From: a virus
Taxonomy: Duplodnaviria > Caudoviricetes
Direction: 5' to 3' (one strand)
IMG/VR virus record: IMGVR_UViG_3300034095_001474
Span: 182,796 to 246,795 of that record
DNA: 64,000 nucleotides
Shown: one piece after another, positions 59,110 to 64,000 of the stretch
How the letters are laid out: the number at the start of each line of letters is the position of its first letter
Numbering within the stretch: the stretch's first letter is position 1
Made by a program: the position numbers and the translations under genes
The notes under the pieces: model-generated
Database searches by the model: none
What the model was told of the DNA's origin: nothing
What the model saw: only the letters and a program-made list of their open reading frames with translations

Positions 59110-59117
59110 TATTTATA
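59110..59117 (+). promoter_or_regulatory. TATTTATA motif on the plus strand, upstream of the small RHH gene
   Basis: 11 nt upstream of the ATG at 59129; it switches strand together with the gene. Confidence 0.55.
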
Positions 59118-59128
59118 ATAAAAAGACC

Positions 59129-59281
59129 ATGAAAAGAGATAAAAACTTGAAAATAACTACTAAAACACATGAACTACTTAAAAAGTATTGTGAAGATAAT
59201 GGTCTTAAAATGTTTGCGTATGTAGAAACATTAATTAAAGATAAATGTATACCTAAAAAAGATTTCTATGATGAAGACTGA
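59129..59281 (+). CDS. 50-aa ribbon-helix-helix-like DNA-binding protein (below the ORF track cutoff)
   Basis: MKRDKNLKITTKTHELLKKYCEDNGLKMFAYVETLIKDKCIPKKDFYDED: alternating beta strand NLKIT, helix, NG turn, second helix. Confidence 0.65.
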   Translation: MKRDKNLKITTKTHELLKKYCEDNGLKMFAYVETLIKDKCIPKKDFYDED

Positions 59282-59830
59282 TTATAATTTTTGTATAGGT
59301 GATACAATATCATTTTTTATTAGTATATTTTCAAAATAATAATTAACATTTATTTTATCAATACTAGTTAATATATTATTATCGTATTCTAAACCATAAA
59401 TTAATTCACCCCAAAATAAACTATTAATATCTTTAATTAAAAAAACTAATTTAGTTTCATCAAAATTTTCTGTTTCAAATTCATATTTAAAAATAATACC
59501 GTTTAAATGTTGTAAAGACATTAAATAATTATTATTTTCTTCTTTTAAAATATAGTCGTTTTTTTCTATAATATTTGATAATAAATATGGTTCATCATTA
59601 ACCAAAATATTAATTTGACAACTACTACCATATGTGGCACCATAAATTAACCCAAAATCATTAACTTCTTTCCAATCTTTATATGTTACTTGATTATTCT
59701 GCTCTAATATAGGTATATTAGTATTACATTCTATTTGATGTGTTAATACGTAATTCGATTGCATATCAGTTAATTTACCAATACTCATCTCAACACCATA
59801 ACCTAAAAATTCTATCTTTATATTATCCAT
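59282..59830 (-). CDS. Hypothetical protein
   Basis: 182-aa ORF; its stop abuts the RHH gene stop. Confidence 0.55.
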   Translation of the reverse strand: MDNIKIEFLGYGVEMSIGKLTDMQSNYVLTHQIECNTNIPILEQNNQVTYKDWKEVNDFGLIYGATYGSSCQINILVNDEPYLLSNIIEKNDYILKEENNNYLMSLQHLNGIIFKYEFETENFDETKLVFLIKDINSLFWGELIYGLEYDNNILTSIDKINVNYYFENILIKNDIVSPIQKL

Positions 59831-59840
59831 ATTATTAATT

Positions 59841-60653
59841 TTAAGTAAGTGTTATTTCTATTGATGGGAAACTGGTTCTAGTACCACCTTTACTTCTAGG
59901 GTTAGCTGGGAAACCACCAGAACTATCCGTTGTGTTTGTCCAAGCTATTAAATTATTAACTGGACAAGCAGAACCAAATAAATTAGTTGTAGTTCCACCA
60001 ACAGCCACACCAATAACAATCCAACTACCACCACTAAAGGTTAAATTTTGACCAGATTCAGCAACTATTGAAACAGAATTTAATGTTGAAACTGTACCAC
60101 CAGCACTCTGACCAACCAAAACAGCTGTTAAATCTTGACCCCTATAAATACCTATTCTAACACTATCAGAACCAGCGGTTGAAACTGAAAAATCAACTTT
60201 ACTTATAGTTAAACCATAAGGTATTTTAAAATTTAGATAGTAATCATTCGAACCAGTACCTACTGCAACACTAGACGTTGCTATTGGGACAACTAACACA
60301 CCAGCATTTGGTAAACCAACATATGTCGTAGCACTCAAAGTACCATATATTGTTGTGTTTCCAGAAACTGTTAATTTATTACCATTTAATGGTGCTATTA
60401 AACCAATAGCAGTATTACCACTTGCATTTATCACGAAATGTGATACATCACCATTATCTTGGTCTTGAACAACAAATGCATCACCAGAACCAGACTGAAT
60501 AATCTTAACCATTTCAACTGAACTATTTCCAGAAAACAAAGATTGTGTCCCCCCAGTTACATATAAGTTTGTAGCGTTTATTGTTGTTGCTGATATTGAA
60601 GTTATCGATAAATTTCCTTGAATCTTCTCAGCATTTATATTTTTTGTTGGCAT
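59841..60653 (-). CDS. Tail fibre-like structural protein
   Basis: SATT-type shaft repeats and a beta-rich C-terminal domain. Confidence 0.55.
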   Translation of the reverse strand: MPTKNINAEKIQGNLSITSISATTINATNLYVTGGTQSLFSGNSSVEMVKIIQSGSGDAFVVQDQDNGDVSHFVINASGNTAIGLIAPLNGNKLTVSGNTTIYGTLSATTYVGLPNAGVLVVPIATSSVAVGTGSNDYYLNFKIPYGLTISKVDFSVSTAGSDSVRIGIYRGQDLTAVLVGQSAGGTVSTLNSVSIVAESGQNLTFSGGSWIVIGVAVGGTTTNLFGSACPVNNLIAWTNTTDSSGGFPANPRSKGGTRTSFPSIEITLT

Positions 60654-60654
60654 A

Positions 60655-60855
60655 TTATATTAAATCATTATTTTCGTTATTTATAAATATATCAACATAA
60701 TTTATTGGTTCAGATTCTGACCAAAACCAACCATCAATTGGGTAACTATATGTATCCTTTAATTCTTTTAATAATTCATAAGTTGGTGATGATACACAAT
60801 TTGGTGCAAAATACCAACCTTCAGATGTTTCTTTATAAAATCCACTTTTATCCAT
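60655..60855 (-). CDS. Small fibre-associated protein (chaperone-like)
   Basis: GFYK...APN...YEL..E.KDTYSYPIDGWFW motif; lies between fibre genes. Confidence 0.55.
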   Translation of the reverse strand: MDKSGFYKETSEGWYFAPNCVSSPTYELLKELKDTYSYPIDGWFWSESEPINYVDIFINNENNDLI

Positions 60856-60873
60856 AATTTTTTTTTGTTTTTA

Positions 60874-62862
60874 TTAATAAGTTATTGTCCAACCTTTATT
60901 TGTCGCTATCAATCTATCACTCGCAGTTAAACTAGTAGAACCAGGATTAAACGCAACATTTATATTTTGAGCACCAACAGCGGTACCTAAATTATTTAAT
61001 ATTGTTAATAATGCTGAGTAAGATAAATTATTACCATAAAAAGACATAGCATATCTATAACCAGTAGGTAAAAATGAACCTAAAGCAGTGGTAGTACTAA
61101 TTAAACCAGAAGTTGCTGCTGATAGATTAAATGTTGGTATTTCTTCTAATCTATTACAACCTTGAAACATACTAGTTACGTTGGTTATTTTACTAGTATT
61201 AAATAACCCAACACTTCTTAATCTATTACAATTAGCAAACATATAATCAGCAACAGTAACTGCTGGTGAATTAAATGTTGGTGAAGATACCATCATAACG
61301 TTTTGATAAAATAATTGACTAAGAGTTGTTGCACTAATAGTGTTTAATCCAGTAATACCAGTTAATTTGATACAATTAGAGAACATATTATTAAATGTTA
61401 AACACTTATCAGTATTCAAATATGGTAGTGTAATCAATGAACTGCAACCATTAAACATACTAATAGTCGTGGTTACAGCTGATAAATTTAATTGAGGTAC
61501 AGATGTTAAACTAGTACAACCATTAAACATAGCACTTGTGTTAGTTACTTTACTAGTATCGATTAAAGGTATCGTAACCAATGAAGGACAACTTTGAAAC
61601 ATACTAGTCATATTAATTACTTTAGATGTATTTAACAAAGGTATTGTTCTAAGTGATGATGACGATGCAAACATACTAGACATATCAGTACCATTAGATG
61701 TATCTATCAATGGTGCTTCAACCAATGAAGTACATTGAGAAAACCAATAAGTAAAATTGGTAATACCAGATGTATTCAAAGGAGCAACATATGTTAATTT
61801 TGAACAGAAATAGAATGGATATTGAGCTGATGATGTAACTTTACTCACATCAAAAAATGGTACTGACACAATTTTAGATGATTGAAACATAGTACCAATA
61901 TTAGTCAACACTGGTGTATTAAATGATGGTATTGTTTGTAACCTTGTAGTACCATTAAACATACTAGCCATAGTAGTTACTTTAGATGTATCTAATAAAG
62001 GAAGTGTTACTATACCACTAGAACCAAACATACCACTCATATCAGTAACTTTAGATGTATCCAATTGAGGTATTGTAACCAAAGAAGATGTTGAAGAAAA
62101 CATACTAGACATATTTGTAACTTTACTTGTATCCATCATTGGTATAGTTTTTATCTTACTACATCCATTAAACATATAAGTTAAGTTAGTTGCACCACTA
62201 GGTATCGTTAATGATGGAATATCAACCAATGAATTACAACTACCAAATAATTGATAAACACCTAATGTAGTATTTGCATTAGATACATCTATACTAATTA
62301 TCTTTTTAAGAGAACTAAAACCATTGAAAAAAGATTGGAATGTTGTCATTTTATTTGTTCCAATCCATTCAAATTGTTGCATTAATGGTGATGTAACAAA
62401 TGTAAACGAAGTTAAATCTGGTGTTGATAATTTAATATCAAAATAATTACGTTGATATGAACTTGTTTTAGCACTTACGTGTAAAGCAGATAAATCAACC
62501 TTTGTTAGTGTTTGACCAGATTGTGGTGTTATTTTTATAAGTGTTTGCCTATATAAATCACTTGTTAGTGTAGATGGACTAGCACCACTCCAATAAGCTT
62601 GATAAGATGCGATTGTGTTTGCTGAATAATTAATAATCGACCCATCACCCCAATCAACTGTATAGTGACCAGCACAATTAACTGCTAACCAGTTATCTGA
62701 TTTTTCAGTTAAACCCATAAGTAAATAAACAACACTAGTACCACTTGTGATATCTGGCATTGTTAACCAATTAACTGGTCTAATATACGTTTCTGGTGTT
62801 ACATCAGTTATTATTGATGCATTTGTAATAACTCTATTTTTATGTACTAATAATGTTCCCAT
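60874..62862 (-). CDS. Putative receptor-binding protein with DUF285/BspA-like surface-protein repeats and a PKD-like motif
   Basis: Many approximately 23-aa repeats of the form P.LDTSKVT.MSSMF; YTVDWGDG near the N-terminus. Confidence 0.75.
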   Translation of the reverse strand: MGTLLVHKNRVITNASIITDVTPETYIRPVNWLTMPDITSGTSVVYLLMGLTEKSDNWLAVNCAGHYTVDWGDGSIINYSANTIASYQAYWSGASPSTLTSDLYRQTLIKITPQSGQTLTKVDLSALHVSAKTSSYQRNYFDIKLSTPDLTSFTFVTSPLMQQFEWIGTNKMTTFQSFFNGFSSLKKIISIDVSNANTTLGVYQLFGSCNSLVDIPSLTIPSGATNLTYMFNGCSKIKTIPMMDTSKVTNMSSMFSSTSSLVTIPQLDTSKVTDMSGMFGSSGIVTLPLLDTSKVTTMASMFNGTTRLQTIPSFNTPVLTNIGTMFQSSKIVSVPFFDVSKVTSSAQYPFYFCSKLTYVAPLNTSGITNFTYWFSQCTSLVEAPLIDTSNGTDMSSMFASSSSLRTIPLLNTSKVINMTSMFQSCPSLVTIPLIDTSKVTNTSAMFNGCTSLTSVPQLNLSAVTTTISMFNGCSSLITLPYLNTDKCLTFNNMFSNCIKLTGITGLNTISATTLSQLFYQNVMMVSSPTFNSPAVTVADYMFANCNRLRSVGLFNTSKITNVTSMFQGCNRLEEIPTFNLSAATSGLISTTTALGSFLPTGYRYAMSFYGNNLSYSALLTILNNLGTAVGAQNINVAFNPGSTSLTASDRLIATNKGWTITY

Positions 62863-62864
62863 AT

Positions 62865-64000
62865 TTATCCTCTAATTAATCTAATCCAAATATTATCGTC
62901 AACCGCAGTAAACCAATAGTTACCATTATAACAAGATTGACCTTGGTAAGTTCCAGATATTGTTGAACCAGTATAAATTCCGTCAATATCCCAATTGGTA
63001 GATGTTGTTAAAAGTGTATATGCAGTACCAGCTGTTATATAAGCATCAATCATCGGTATTTCTTCGACTGTACCTCCAGATACATTAGGTGAACCTAATA
63101 AAGCATTTTGTGATACTGTTTGCATCTTGTTATATGTTACAACATTTGGTTGTATAGTTGTTAAACCACTAAAATCTAAACCAATATCACCAGATACATT
63201 TCTAGCTTGAGCTACATTTGATGTATCCCCAATAAATATTTGAGCTTGATTTAATGTTGGTAAAGAAGAACCACCACCAGTTGACGCACTAAATGTTAAT
63301 CTTTTATTTATATCATCACTAATAACATTGATATTAACACCACTAAAACTAACAGTGTAAGCTGACATACTATCATTTCTATTAAATGCAACAGAACCGT
63401 TTAAAACTGTTGTTCCAGTTGTTCTAATATCTAAAGGTAGATTATAATATGTTGTTGCAGAAACAGTTGTTGCTGTTATACCATTACTATTTGCATTGAA
63501 ACCGTTAGTTTGAAATGTTGTTCCAGAAATATAACCATCAGCTCTTATAAATGATGTAACACCATTTGCTGCTGTCTGACCTTCTAATAATCTAGTTATG
63601 TTGTCAGCGTTTCCAGTACCATTCTTTATTGTTAACCCATCAAGTGTTGCATTTATAACAATTTCTGGGTTTGTTGAATTGTTGTACGCTTGTTGAAGTG
63701 TAGTTGTTGATATACCACCAGCAGACCCAATAGTTTCACCAAATTTTGAAGTGAAAAAGAATTGTGCTTTGGTTGTATCAGTTAAATCAGTTGCTGATGA
63801 TAATAGAGTGATAATCGAAATTAATACAGCGTTGTTTATAAAGTTAGGAAACGGTGTAAATGCTTCTATTTGTATATTTTGAACAGCTTCAGCAAAGTTA
63901 GAATAAACATGTTGTCCATACATAACTCTAATTGAACCATTTTGAAGTAAATACACTCTTTGGTTTGTTGCTTTTGTACCAGCCAACGGTGTTATAACAC
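62865..64000 (-). CDS. Tail fibre protein (partial; reading frame open to the right edge)
   Basis: The frame has no stop upstream of the TTG at 63986 (VITPLAGTKATNQRVY). It contains SATT repeats and a NQAQIFIG..NVAQARNVSGD...NVVTYNKMQ fibre motif. Confidence 0.7.
   Translation of the reverse strand, partial: VITPLAGTKATNQRVYLLQNGSIRVMYGQHVYSNFAEAVQNIQIEAFTPFPNFINNAVLISIITLLSSATDLTDTTKAQFFFTSKFGETIGSAGGISTTTLQQAYNNSTNPEIVINATLDGLTIKNGTGNADNITRLLEGQTAANGVTSFIRADGYISGTTFQTNGFNANSNGITATTVSATTYYNLPLDIRTTGTTVLNGSVAFNRNDSMSAYTVSFSGVNINVISDDINKRLTFSASTGGGSSLPTLNQAQIFIGDTSNVAQARNVSGDIGLDFSGLTTIQPNVVTYNKMQTVSQNALLGSPNVSGGTVEEIPMIDAYITAGTAYTLLTTSTNWDIDGIYTGSTISGTYQGQSCYNGNYWFTAVDDNIWIRLIRG

Noticed and set aside
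1-64000. Alternative genetic code (stop reassignment) as in some large phages
   Set aside because: ORFs up to 2147 aa are intact in the standard code, and TAA, TAG (35016) and TGA (35368, 59279) all end genes.
59841-64000. Diversity-generating retroelement or invertible fibre cassette
   Set aside because: No reverse transcriptase or recombinase gene, no adenine-variant TR/VR pair and no flanking inverted crossover sites are visible in the window.
1-64000. tRNA, rRNA or CRISPR arrays
   Set aside because: Intergenic spaces are short and AT-rich. I saw no cloverleaf/T-loop signature or repeat-spacer periodicity; a tRNAscan or Infernal run would be needed to exclude small ncRNAs.

Overview
This is a 64-kb, very AT-rich segment of a large T4-like (contractile-tailed, probably jumbo) bacteriophage genome, almost entirely encoded on the minus strand. 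Read right to left it carries tail fibre/RBP genes, tail sheath, tail tube, tail-assembly chaperone, tape measure, baseplate hub and wedge genes. A replication/nucleotide block (gp32-like SSB, RecA/UvsX, 5'-3' exonuclease/RNase H, DnaB-type helicase, NrdB, NrdA) is nested among them, and RuvC-like resolvase and primase genes end the window. Several clean TTTG-N19/20-TAnnTTTG promoters, the absence of Shine-Dalgarno sites and SprB-like repeats point to a Bacteroidota host (inference). The main unexplained signals are five. (1) A strand-coupled TATTTATA motif before late genes, the reverse complement of the T4 late promoter, fused three times to a terminator in a fixed cassette. (2) An unannotated 50-aa ribbon-helix-helix gene divergent from the sheath gene, with an 11-bp-periodic operator-like array between them. 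(3) A candidate +1/-2 programmed frameshift at a T7 run in the tail chaperone. (4) Virion proteins carrying OmpA-like, DUF2272, lysozyme-like, SprB-like and DUF285 domains. (5) A stand-alone tandem-UVR gene. I saw no tRNA, CRISPR array, intein, reverse transcriptase or recoded stop codon. All product calls come from motif recognition by eye, not from database searches.
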